This document shows positions 29,381 through 38,010 of a DNA stretch of 64,000 bases, piece by piece. The translations under genes and the position numbers were made by a program. The stretch spans positions 58,118 through 122,117 of the forward strand of contig CAWHPR010000002.1 in the NCBI GenBank assembly GCA_963831295.1, given 5' to 3'. Under the pieces are notes generated by a model. It saw nothing but the letters and a program-made list of their open reading frames with translations. It did not search any database and was not told where the DNA came from. This DNA is from an uncultured Thermoleophilia bacterium (GTDB lineage Bacteria; Actinomycetota; Thermoleophilia; UBA2241). Each line of letters begins with the position of its first letter. Within the stretch, counting starts at the first letter, position 1.

Positions 29381-30616
29381 ATGAGCACGAAGGCCACGAA
29401 GGCGCCAAAGGCCGGTGCTCTCATCGAGCTCGCCGACCGCTGGGGCGCCCACAACTACGCACCGCTGCCGGTCGTCATCGAGCGCGGCGAGGGAGCCTAC
29501 GTCTGGGACTCCGAGGGCACCCGCTACGTCGACTTCCTCTCGTGCTACTCGGCGCTGAGCCACGGCCATCGCCATCCGCGCATCGTGGCTGCCCTGAAGC
29601 GCCAGCTCGACCTGGTCACGCTGACGTCGCGCGCCTTTCACAACGTCGAGATGGGTCCCTTCCTGCAGGAGCTCTGCGAGTACTGCGGCATGGACATGGC
29701 CCTGCCGATGAACACCGGCGCCGAAGCCGTCGAGACCGTCCTCAAGGCGGCGCGCAAGTGGGCGTACGAGATCAAGGGCGTGCCGCGCTACGAGGCGGAG
29801 ATCATCGTCTGCGCCGACAACTTCCACGGCCGCACGATCACCGCCGTCTCGCTCTCCACCGAGGAGCCCTATCGTCACGATTTCGGACCGTTCACCCCCG
29901 GGTTCAAGATCATCCCCTACGGCGATAGCGATGCTCTCGAGGCCGCCATCACGCCGAACACCGCCGCCTTCATGCTCGAGCCGTTGCAGGCGGAGAGCGG
30001 AGTGCGCCTCGCGCCGACGGGTTTCCTGAAGAAGGCGCGCGAGATCACGCAGGCCGGCAACGTGCTGCTGGCCTGCGACGAGATACAGACCGGCCTGGCG
30101 CGGACGGGCCGTCGCTTCTGCTTCGAGCACGAGGGCGTGAAGCCCGACCTCGTCGCCATCGGGAAGTCACTCGGCGGCGGGGTCTACCCGATCAGCGCCG
30201 CCGTCGGCACGCGAGAGGTCATGGGCCTCTTCACCCCCGGCGAGCACGGCTCCACGTTCGGCGGCAACCCGCTCGCCTGCGCTGTCGGCCGCGAGTCGCT
30301 GCGGGTCCTCGAGGAGGAGCATCTCGCCGAGCGCGCCGAGCGACTGGGCCGGTGGCTGATCGAGCGCCTCCAGGCGATCGACTGCCCGCTCGTCAAAGAG
30401 GTGCGCGGCATGGGCCTGCTGGTCGGCGTCGAGCTGCGCCCGGAGGCGGGCGGCGCGCGGCGCTCCTGCGAGGCGCTGATGCGTGAAGGGCTGCTCTGCA
30501 AGGAGACGCACGACAACGTCATCCGCTTCGCTCCGCCGCTGGTCATCGAGCAGGAGACGCTCGAAGCGGCGATGGAGCGCGTGGAGAGCGTGCTCACGCG
30601 GATGCCGCCGGTCTGA
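29381..30616 (+). CDS. rocD: Ornithine aminotransferase (class III PLP aminotransferase). Start at MSTKATKAPKAG.
   Basis: OAT family similarity along the full length; adjacent to rocA. Confidence 0.88.
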   Translation: MSTKATKAPKAGALIELADRWGAHNYAPLPVVIERGEGAYVWDSEGTRYVDFLSCYSALSHGHRHPRIVAALKRQLDLVTLTSRAFHNVEMGPFLQELCEYCGMDMALPMNTGAEAVETVLKAARKWAYEIKGVPRYEAEIIVCADNFHGRTITAVSLSTEEPYRHDFGPFTPGFKIIPYGDSDALEAAITPNTAAFMLEPLQAESGVRLAPTGFLKKAREITQAGNVLLACDEIQTGLARTGRRFCFEHEGVKPDLVAIGKSLGGGVYPISAAVGTREVMGLFTPGEHGSTFGGNPLACAVGRESLRVLEEEHLAERAERLGRWLIERLQAIDCPLVKEVRGMGLLVGVELRPEAGGARRSCEALMREGLLCKETHDNVIRFAPPLVIEQETLEAAMERVESVLTRMPPV

Positions 30617-30673
30617 GGTGAGACCCCGCTCACGTCCACGGGCTGCCTCCGCGATGGGAGTGCTCCTCCCGGA

Positions 30674-32308
30674 TCAGTCGTCGCCGCCGAGGAACGGATA
30701 CCGGTAGTCGGTCGGCGGCGCCAGCGTCTCCTTGATGCAGCGCGGGCTGACCCAGCGGATCAGGTTCCACATCGAGCCCGCCTTGTCGTTCGTGCCCGAC
30801 GCGCGCGCGCCGCCGAAGGGCTGCTGTCCGACGACAGCACCGGTCGGCTTGTCGTTGACGTAGAAGTTGCCGGCGGTGTGGCGCAGCGCGGCGCTCGCCT
30901 GGGTCACCGCCGCGCGATCGCGGGCGAAGACGGCGCCGGTCAACCCGTAGGGAGTCGACGAGTCCACGAGCCTGAGAGTGTCCTCCCACGCGGCGTCGTC
31001 GTAGACGTACGCCGTGAGCACCGGACCGAAGAGCTCCTCGCGCATGGTGCGGAACGACGGGTCGGTGGTGACGATGACCGTCGGGCGCACGAAGTAGCCA
31101 TCGCTGTCGTCGCACTCGCCGCCGACGATCACGCTCGCGCTCGGATCGCTCCGGGCCTCCTCGACGGCCCGCAGCTGGGTCGCGAAGCTGGACGCGTCGA
31201 TGACGGCGCCCATGTAGTTGCGGTAGTCGGCCACATCCCCCATCGTGATGCTCTCGACCTCGGCGACCAGGCGCTCCCGCAGGTCCGACCACAAGGAGCG
31301 CGGCATGAACAGCCGCGAGGCCGCCGAGCACTTCTGGCCCTGGTACTCGAACGCGCCGCGGATGATCGCCGGCCACGAGCGCCTCCGGATCGGCCGACGC
31401 GTGCGCGAGGATGAAGTCCTTGCCGCCCGTCTCGCCGACGATGCGCGGGTAGTTCGCGTACCGCTCGATGTCGCCGCCGACGGTGCGCCAGATCCCCTGG
31501 AAGACCGCGGTGGAGCCGGTGAAGTGGACGCCGGCGAGCCGGGGATCGCGAGGGCGACGTCGCCGATCTCGGCCCCGGGCCCGAACACAAGGTTGATGAC
31601 GCCCGGCGGCAAGCCCGCCTCCTCGAGCAGCCGCATGACGTAGTGGGCGCTCAGCATGCTCGTCGACGCGGGCTTCCAGACCACCGTGTCGCCCATGAGC
31701 GCCGGGGCGGTCGGCAGGTTGCCGGCGATGGACGTGAAGTTGAACGGTGTGACGGCCAACACGAAGCCTTCGAGCGGCCTGTACTCCATCCGATTCCACA
31801 CACCCGGGCTCGAGACCGGCTGCTCGGCGTAGATCTGCGCCGCGTAGGCGGCGTTGAAGCGCCAGAAGTCGATGAGCTCGCAGGCGGCGTCGATCTCGGC
31901 CTGGTGCGCGGTCTTCGACTGACCGAGCATGGTCGCCGCGTTCAGCGTGCTGCGCCAGGGTCCGGCGAGCAGTTCGGCCGCGCGCAGGAAGACGGCGACG
32001 CGGTCCTCCCAGGGCGTGCGGCTCCACTCGCCCCAGGCCGCCGATGCCGCGTCGATGGCGGCCCCGACGTCGCCGGATCCCGCGAGGTGCACGTCGGCGA
32101 GGACGTGGCGATGATCGTGGGGCATCACCGCGCGTGCGGTCCGGCCCGTGCGGAGCTCGCGGCCGCCGATGACGCATGGGACCTCGACCCGCTCCGAAGC
32201 CATCGCACCGACCCGCGCCGACAGCGCCACGCGCTCCGGAGACCCGGGAGCATACTCGAGCGCAGGCTCGTTGCTGGGGACTGGCGTATTCGAAAGGGCG
32301 TTGCTCAT
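30674..32308 (-). CDS. rocA: L-glutamate gamma-semialdehyde (1-pyrroline-5-carboxylate) dehydrogenase. A ~57-codon internal segment (about 31368..31547) is only readable in a different frame, so there are two compensating 1-nt indels. Possible pseudogene or sequence error.
   Basis: N- and C-terminal parts match ALDH4/P5CDH (catalytic EYQGQKCSA). The missing FTGSTAVF...ETGGKD block is present in the overlapping ORF 30630..32345. Confidence 0.8.
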   Translation of the reverse strand: MSNALSNTPVPSNEPALEYAPGSPERVALSARVGAMASERVEVPCVIGGRELRTGRTARAVMPHDHRHVLADVHLAGSGDVGAAIDAASAAWGEWSRTPWEDRVAVFLRAAELLAGPWRSTLNAATMLGQSKTAHQAEIDAACELIDFWRFNAAYAAQIYAEQPVSSPGVWNRMEYRPLEGFVLAVTPFNFTSIAGNLPTAPALMGDTVVWKPASTSMLSAHYVMRLLEEAGLPPGVINLVFGPGAEIGDVALAIPGSPASTSPAPPRSSRGSGAPSAATSSGTRTTRASSARRAARTSSSRTRRPIRRRSWPAIIRGAFEYQGQKCSAASRLFMPRSLWSDLRERLVAEVESITMGDVADYRNYMGAVIDASSFATQLRAVEEARSDPSASVIVGGECDDSDGYFVRPTVIVTTDPSFRTMREELFGPVLTAYVYDDAAWEDTLRLVDSSTPYGLTGAVFARDRAAVTQASAALRHTAGNFYVNDKPTGAVVGQQPFGGARASGTNDKAGSMWNLIRWVSPRCIKETLAPPTDYRYPFLGGDD

Positions 32309-32432
32309 CGCGCGAGGCCTCCTGGAGCCGATCAGCCGACGGCAAGACTATAGCGTCGTCGGAACGCCGCTGCAGACCTCGAGGCGACCGCAGACGCCGA
32401 GCGGCGACGGCCCAGGCCGTCCCGGCAGACCC

Positions 32433-33353
32433 TCAGGGCTGCGGCAGGCCCAGACTCGCGAGGAACGCCGCCAGCTCCGCCGGCAGCGGGCTGGTCAGGT
32501 CGAGCTCGCGACCGTCCTCCGGGTGAGGGAAACGCAGCGCCGTCGCGTGGAGAAAGTGACGCGTGAGGCCCGCGGGTCGCGGTCGCCCGCCGTAGGTCGC
32601 GTCGCCGGCGACCGGGTAGCCGAGGGCCGCGAAGTGCACCCGTATCTGATGGGTGCGCCCGGTCTCGAGGCGAACCCGCGCGAGCGTGTAGCCGCCGCCG
32701 CGAGCGAGGACGCGGAAGTGTGTCACCGCCGTTCTCGCCTGCACGCTGTGCACGGACATGCGGCGACGGTCGCGCACGTGGCGGCCAATAGGCGCGTCGA
32801 TGGTGCCTTCGTCCTGCGCCAGCTCGCGGCAGAGGAGGGCGATGTAGGTGCGCTCGACGCGGCGCGCGCTCATCGTCGCCACGAGGCGACGGTAGGCCGC
32901 TTCGCTGCGGGCGACGATCAACAGACCCGACGTCTCGCGGTCGAGCCTGTGGATCACGCCCGGTCGGCGGCCGTGCCCCCCGGCGATACCGTGATCGAGG
33001 AGAGCGTGCACCAACGTACCGGCCTCGTGCCCCGGCGCCGGGTGCACGACCATGCCCGCCGGCTTGTCGGCGACGAGCAGCCAGTCGTCCTCGTAGATGA
33101 TCGGCACGGCGGCTGCTTCCGGCACCAACTCCTGCGGCGCGGGCGGGGGCTTCTCCCAAGCCAAGGTCTCGCCCGCCTGCACCCTGTGCTGCTTGCCGGC
33201 CGAACGACCGGCGACCGTCACATGACCGTCCCCGATCAGGCGTTGAGCGACTGTGCGGGACTCCCCGAGCAGCTCGGCCACGACGACGTCGAGCCGCCGC
33301 CCCGCCTCGTCGGCGGCGACCTCGTGTGTGCCCCGCTCAGGCGCGCGAGGCAC
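32433..33353 (-). CDS. rluD: RluA-family 23S rRNA pseudouridine synthase (RluD-like).
   Basis: S4 domain plus HRLD catalytic motif; lspA-rluD synteny. Confidence 0.88.
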   Translation of the reverse strand: MPRAPERGTHEVAADEAGRRLDVVVAELLGESRTVAQRLIGDGHVTVAGRSAGKQHRVQAGETLAWEKPPPAPQELVPEAAAVPIIYEDDWLLVADKPAGMVVHPAPGHEAGTLVHALLDHGIAGGHGRRPGVIHRLDRETSGLLIVARSEAAYRRLVATMSARRVERTYIALLCRELAQDEGTIDAPIGRHVRDRRRMSVHSVQARTAVTHFRVLARGGGYTLARVRLETGRTHQIRVHFAALGYPVAGDATYGGRPRPAGLTRHFLHATALRFPHPEDGRELDLTSPLPAELAAFLASLGLPQP

Positions 33354-33777
33354 GGAGCGCCGCCAGGACGACCCAGACCATCCCCGCTACGATGAACGCG
33401 TCGGCGACGTTGAAGGCGGGCCACCAGGCAGGGTCGATGAAGTCGAGCACCGCGCCGTCGAAACGCAGCCGGTCCACGAGGTTGCCCGTGGACCCTCCCA
33501 GGATGAGGGCGAGGGCCGGCCGGTACCGGGCCGGGGCGAACATCAGAGCGGCGGCCAGGACGCCGACGAGGACGGCCACGGCCACGATGAGCGCGTCGCC
33601 CAGGTCCCGCAGGCGCCCGAAGGAGATGCCGGAGTTGTAGAAGACGGAGAGGCGCACGCCGTCCACGAGATCGTACGGCAGGGCGTCGCTCCCGCGGACC
33701 AGCCACTTCGTCAGCTGGTCGACGCCGAGCGCCGCCAGGGCGGTCAGCCCTGCGCCTGCTCGTCCGTCAGGCGCCAC
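33337..33777 (-). CDS. lspA: Lipoprotein signal peptidase II (GTG start).
   Basis: LspA family similarity (NSGISFG, FNVAD). Confidence 0.88.
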   Translation of the reverse strand: MAPDGRAGAGLTALAALGVDQLTKWLVRGSDALPYDLVDGVRLSVFYNSGISFGRLRDLGDALIVAVAVLVGVLAAALMFAPARYRPALALILGGSTGNLVDRLRFDGAVLDFIDPAWWPAFNVADAFIVAGMVWVVLAALRASRA

Positions 33778-33925
33778 GCCGCCGCGGCTTGTCCAGCTCC
33801 TGGAGCTTGGTGTGCCCCATGGGACACGCCGGGACCTTCACCTTGCCCGACCGTCCGCCGTCGTTGCGCACGATCACGAGCGGGTACGTCGCTTTGCATT
33901 GCTTGCAGTAGGCGAGCTTCGCCAT
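33767..33925 (-). CDS. Small (52 aa) zinc-ribbon-like protein (C-x2-C...C-x3-H), absent from the ORF track. Strong RBS TGAGGAGACC; 3' end overlaps the lspA start.
   Basis: Manual translation MAKLAYCKQCKATYPLVIVRNDGGRSGKVKVPACPMGHTKLQELDKPRRRGA; in-frame ATG with a good SD. Confidence 0.45.
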   Translation of the reverse strand: MAKLAYCKQCKATYPLVIVRNDGGRSGKVKVPACPMGHTKLQELDKPRRRGA

Positions 33926-33934
33926 CCGGTCTCC

Positions 33935-34216
33935 TCAGTCCATGCCGAGCCGTCGACGAGCCTCGGCTTCATTCAAGTCTTCCACCTCGACGAGTTTGCG
34001 ACGCCCACTCTCGCCCGCGGCCACCCGCACCGTGGCAGCCGGCACCTCGAGCCGAGCCGCCAGCAGTCGTACGAGGGCGCGATTCGCGCCGCCCTCGCGC
34101 GCAGGGGCGGCCACCCGCACCCTCAGACGCCCGTCGGCGACGCCCCCGATCGCGTCGTGGGCGGCTCCGGGCGTCACCCACAGCGCCAGCGTCACGCCGC
34201 GGCGGCTGCGCCGCAC
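33935..34216 (-). CDS. DUF167/YggU family protein.
   Basis: Pattern ...GGANRALVRLLAARLEVPAATVRVAAGESGRRKLVEV typical of the YggU family. Confidence 0.65.
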   Translation of the reverse strand: MRRSRRGVTLALWVTPGAAHDAIGGVADGRLRVRVAAPAREGGANRALVRLLAARLEVPAATVRVAAGESGRRKLVEVEDLNEAEARRRLGMD

Positions 34217-34226
34217 GGGCGCCGTC

Positions 34227-35096
34227 TCACCACTTGAACTCGTCGTCGGAGACTCCGGTATCGAGATCGATCAGCAGGTCTTCGCCTTGAGTGGCGTCGT
34301 GCTTCTCCTCGCGAGACGCCTCGCTCCCAGTCGCTTGGTCGGCGCCGGAGACTCCCGGCCCCGGCGTCTCGGAGCGCTTCACATCCGTCGCGGCAGGTGG
34401 CGGCGGCCCGAACATGGGCGGTCCCGGTACCGGCCCTGGCGGCACAGGCATACGCCGGGCAGGATCCGCAGGCGCCGGCGTTGGCGGCGTGGGCGCAGGC
34501 GAGGGCGCCGTTTGAGCCGCCGCAGGCTCCTGGGCCGGTCTGGCCGCAGGTACCGGGTCACGAGGCGGCTGCACCATCGTCTCTTCTCGAGAGATGGCCG
34601 CCCTGATGGCCTCGGCCTGGCGATTCAGGTCCGGCTTGGGCTCGGCCGCTTGGGCGGGCGCCCGCTCCGCCTGCTTGAGGAAACCCTCGAGCATCTGCTT
34701 GAAGCGGATCCGGAACTCCTCCTCGACCCCGCGCAGTTGCGTCAGCGACCCCTCGATGCGCTGCTTGTCGCCGTAGCTCTCGTTCACCATCTGGCGCGCC
34801 TTCAGCTCGGCGTCGCGCAGGATCAACTGGCTCTCCTTGGTGGCGTTCTGCTTGAGCTCCTCGGCGCTCTGCTGCGCCGAGACGAGCGTCTTCTGGAGGG
34901 TCTCCTCGATGCGGCGGAAGCGGGCCACCTGCTCCTCGAGGTTCTCGATGCGCTCGCCGCAGTCGATGTTCTCCTTGAACAGACGCTCGAACTCATCGGC
35001 GATCTGGTCGAGAAACTCGTCGACCTCCTCGTCGACGTAGCCGCGCATGCCGCGCTTGAACTCCTTGTGGCGAATATCCAGCGGTGTCAGCTTCAT
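34227..35096 (-). CDS. divIVA: DivIVA domain cell-division protein (Wag31-like) with a Pro/Ala-rich C-terminal region.
   Basis: N-terminal LTPLDIRHKEFKRGMRGY DivIVA motif; coiled-coil region. Confidence 0.9.
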   Translation of the reverse strand: MKLTPLDIRHKEFKRGMRGYVDEEVDEFLDQIADEFERLFKENIDCGERIENLEEQVARFRRIEETLQKTLVSAQQSAEELKQNATKESQLILRDAELKARQMVNESYGDKQRIEGSLTQLRGVEEEFRIRFKQMLEGFLKQAERAPAQAAEPKPDLNRQAEAIRAAISREETMVQPPRDPVPAARPAQEPAAAQTAPSPAPTPPTPAPADPARRMPVPPGPVPGPPMFGPPPPAATDVKRSETPGPGVSGADQATGSEASREEKHDATQGEDLLIDLDTGVSDDEFKW

Positions 35097-35266
35097 GGGG
35101 TTCCCCCTTCGGCCGCGCGCAACGCGCGAGGGATGCTCTCCGTAGACTCTGCTCTTCTATTGTGTCGTCGCGGCGCGGATTCCTGCGCGCGCTCCTCCAC
35201 CAGGCCGCGGCTCTCTCGACATCGCCGCGGCCCGACGACGCCAGGCCCGGCGGGCACGCCCGAGGC

Positions 35267-35791
35267 TCAGAACTGGTTGAAGAAGCCCTTCTCGATGAGC
35301 CGCGCCCTCTCCTCGGCGGAGACCTCGACGTTGCGCGGCGTGAGCAGGAAGATCTTGTCGGCCACCCGCTGCATGCCGCCCTCGAGCGCATAGGTGAGGC
35401 CGCTGCAGAAGTCGATCAGGCGCTTGGCGAGCTCGGTCTCGGAGCCCTGCAGGTTGATGATCACCGGCACGTCGACCTTGAACTTGTCGGCGATCTGCTG
35501 GGCGTCGTTGAAGGACTTCGGGATGACGAGATGGACCTCGACCCGCGGCGCGCGCACGCTCTCGACGGCCCGCACGGGCGCCATCGCGCGGCGCGGCGGC
35601 TCTTCAGAGAAGATCTCGTCGTAGTCGTTTCGGCCGCGCGAGCCCGCCAGCTTGCGGACGTTCGGACGGTCCTGGTACGAACGCTCGAGCTCCTCATACG
35701 GGGCCAGCGTCTCGTCCTCGTCGTATACCTCGTCCTCGTCGGCGAGACCGAAGTACACGGCGACCTTGTGCCACGAATCTCCGAGGCCCAT
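35267..35791 (-). CDS. sepF: Cell division protein SepF.
   Basis: SepF family similarity (C-terminal ...VDVPVIINLQ...RLIDF.SG...). Position in the yggS-sepF-divIVA cluster. Confidence 0.88.
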   Translation of the reverse strand: MGLGDSWHKVAVYFGLADEDEVYDEDETLAPYEELERSYQDRPNVRKLAGSRGRNDYDEIFSEEPPRRAMAPVRAVESVRAPRVEVHLVIPKSFNDAQQIADKFKVDVPVIINLQGSETELAKRLIDFCSGLTYALEGGMQRVADKIFLLTPRNVEVSAEERARLIEKGFFNQF

Positions 35792-35812
35792 TCAGTCCCT
35801 CCCTGCCGCTCT

Positions 35813-36505
35813 CTAGAAGAGCACGCTGCCGACTCGGACGATGGTCGCGCCCTCGAGCACGGCCGCCTCGTAGTCGGCGCTTGTGCCCATCGAGAGTCGC
35901 GCGAAAGTATAGCGGCCGCGCCAGTTCTCCGAAAGCCGCCCGGCCAGTTCGCGCGTGCGCGCGAAGAAGGGCCGGGCGTCCTCGGGGTCGTCGGACTGCG
36001 GCGGCATGCACATCAAGCCGCCGAAGACGACCTTCTCGCTCGCAGCGGCCTCCTCGAGGAAGGCGTCGACCGCGTCGAAAGGCACGCCGCTCTTGCTCTC
36101 TTCTCCGCCGATGTTGACCTCGAGCAGCACCTCGACCGGCACATCGGCCCGTACCTGCAGTTCATTGACCACACTCAGGCTTGCGACCGAGTGGATCAAC
36201 CGCACGAGTGGCAGCACCACCCTGGTCTTGCGGCTCTGCAGGTGGCCGATGAAGTCGTACGTGAAGACCTCTCCGTAGCGCTCGTGCTTCGCCACCAGGT
36301 CCTGGGCGCGGTTCTCGCCGATGAGGCGGACCCCGGCTTCGGCGAGCACGCCGAGGTGATCCACATCGACGTACTTGGTAGCGACCAGCACCTCGACGTC
36401 GGCGGCGCTGCGGCCCGCGCTGCGCGCGGCCGCCGCGACACGCAGCAGCACCTCTTCGTACTTCTCCCGAACGCTCGCGGCCGAGCCTTCGTACTGCGTC
36501 ACCAA
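35813..36505 (-). CDS. yggS: YggS family pyridoxal-phosphate homeostasis protein.
   Basis: Alanine-racemase-fold YggS similarity (LVATK, IGHLQSRK). Confidence 0.9.
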   Translation of the reverse strand: MVTQYEGSAASVREKYEEVLLRVAAAARSAGRSAADVEVLVATKYVDVDHLGVLAEAGVRLIGENRAQDLVAKHERYGEVFTYDFIGHLQSRKTRVVLPLVRLIHSVASLSVVNELQVRADVPVEVLLEVNIGGEESKSGVPFDAVDAFLEEAAASEKVVFGGLMCMPPQSDDPEDARPFFARTRELAGRLSENWRGRYTFARLSMGTSADYEAAVLEGATIVRVGSVLF

Positions 36506-36550
36506 CGCGCTCTCCCCACCTTGAAGCCGACGGCGGCGCCGCCGGCACCT

Positions 36551-37360
36551 TCATGGTTCGCCGTGCGCCGCCCCGACCCTGTCTGCGAGCCACGCCGTGG
36601 CCAGATGCCGGCCCGTCACGCCGCGGTCGCGGCGGTGAGAGAAGAAGCGCGTGTCGCACGAGGTACACAGGCCGGTGACGCTGATGTCGCGCCGAGGCAC
36701 CCCCGAGGTCTCGAGCTGACGGCGTGCGCACTCCCAGAGGTCGACGGCGGCGGCGGTCGCGACGCCCGGATAGCGGGCGTCGAAACGCCGCCGCAGCTCC
36801 TCGTCGACCGTGAAGCAGCATGGGCCTATGGACGGGCCGACGACGGCTCCGAGCAGGCGGCCGCGGCGCGAAAGCGCCGCGGCCGCCTGCTCGACGATGC
36901 CCGCCAGCATGCCCCGCCACCCCGCGTGCACGGTGGCCACGAGCGGACCCCCCACGCCGGCGGCGACCAGGATGACCGGCACGCAGTCGGCATGACTGAC
37001 GGCGAGCCCAAGGCCCGGCGTGGAGGTCAACAGAGCATCGGCGTCGGCGATCGCCGACGCCGTGTCGCCGGCGCCGCACCCCGCCTCGGCCTCCCCCACC
37101 GTGACCAGACGCGTGCCGTGCACCTGCCCTGGCACCACCCAGCGGTCCAGGTCGACCCCGAGCGCGGCGGCCAACCTCCGCCTGTTCTCCAGCACCGCCT
37201 CCGTGGCGTCACCGACCGAGAGGCCGAGGTTCAGACCATCGAAGGGCGGGGCTGAGACGCCGCCTTCCCTCGTCGGGAAGGCGGCGTCCACGCCCGCCCC
37301 GGCCCACGCCAGCCAATACAGCCCACCGGAGGCGCGCCACTGCTGTGAGAAGGCGCCCAC
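36551..37360 (-). CDS. pgeF: Peptidoglycan editing factor PgeF / YfiH (DUF152, laccase-domain purine nucleoside phosphorylase). Probable GTG start just after the upstream stop; the ORF-track extension is spurious.
   Basis: Motifs SHADCVP...HAGWRG and C-terminal Cys residues; yfiH-yggS synteny. Confidence 0.85.
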   Translation of the reverse strand: MGAFSQQWRASGGLYWLAWAGAGVDAAFPTREGGVSAPPFDGLNLGLSVGDATEAVLENRRRLAAALGVDLDRWVVPGQVHGTRLVTVGEAEAGCGAGDTASAIADADALLTSTPGLGLAVSHADCVPVILVAAGVGGPLVATVHAGWRGMLAGIVEQAAAALSRRGRLLGAVVGPSIGPCCFTVDEELRRRFDARYPGVATAAAVDLWECARRQLETSGVPRRDISVTGLCTSCDTRFFSHRRDRGVTGRHLATAWLADRVGAAHGEP

Positions 37361-37361
37361 G

Positions 37362-37988
37362 TCAGCCACCCGGCATGAAGGTGTCGAAGGCGAAGTCCAG
37401 CGCCGCGCCGAGTGTCGCCTCGAACAGTGCCGGCCGGGACATGAGGACGACGAGGAGGGCGAGCAGCAGCCAGTTCCCGTAGCGGTCCAGGCCGATCCAA
37501 TGCGCATACCAGCTCCTCGGCAGTACCCCGCCGACCACCCTGGAGCCGTCGAGTGGCGGCACGGGCACGAGGTTGATCAGGGCGAGCACGATATTCAGCA
37601 GGAACGCGAGCGCGAACGCCCTCGCCAGCGGCAGCGAGACGTCGATCGTCAGCCAGACGAGGCCGCACGCCGCCGCGGCGAGAACGATGTTGGCCAGCGG
37701 ACCCGCGAGACCCACGAGCAGCATCCCGCGCTGCGGGTCCGCGAACCGACGCGAGTCGACCGGGATCGGCTTCGCCCAGCCGAAGAAGAAGCCGGCCTGG
37801 GAGACGAAGGTCCCGATCAACACGAGCGTGCCGAACAGGTCGAGGTGCCTCACCGGGTTGGCGGTCAGGCGCCCCGCCAGCCGCGGCGTGGGATCGCCGA
37901 GCCGGTCGGCGACCAGGCCGTGGGCGAGCTCGTGCGCCGCCAGGCTGATCAGCAGCAACGGCAGCGTCAGCAGGAAACGGAGGATCAA
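37362..37988 (-). CDS. Site-2 protease family (M50) membrane metalloprotease.
   Basis: HELAHG motif in a TM helix; multiple TM segments; LDG motif. Confidence 0.8.
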   Translation of the reverse strand: MILRFLLTLPLLLISLAAHELAHGLVADRLGDPTPRLAGRLTANPVRHLDLFGTLVLIGTFVSQAGFFFGWAKPIPVDSRRFADPQRGMLLVGLAGPLANIVLAAAACGLVWLTIDVSLPLARAFALAFLLNIVLALINLVPVPPLDGSRVVGGVLPRSWYAHWIGLDRYGNWLLLALLVVLMSRPALFEATLGAALDFAFDTFMPGG

Positions 37989-38010
37989 TGCGCGGTCGAC
38001 GGACGTCTCC

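Noticed and set aside
35097-35266. Possible missing ylmG/yggT between sepF and divIVA.
   Set aside because: The longest minus-strand ORF in the gap is ~21 codons with no TM character. It is treated as divIVA 5' UTR/promoter instead.
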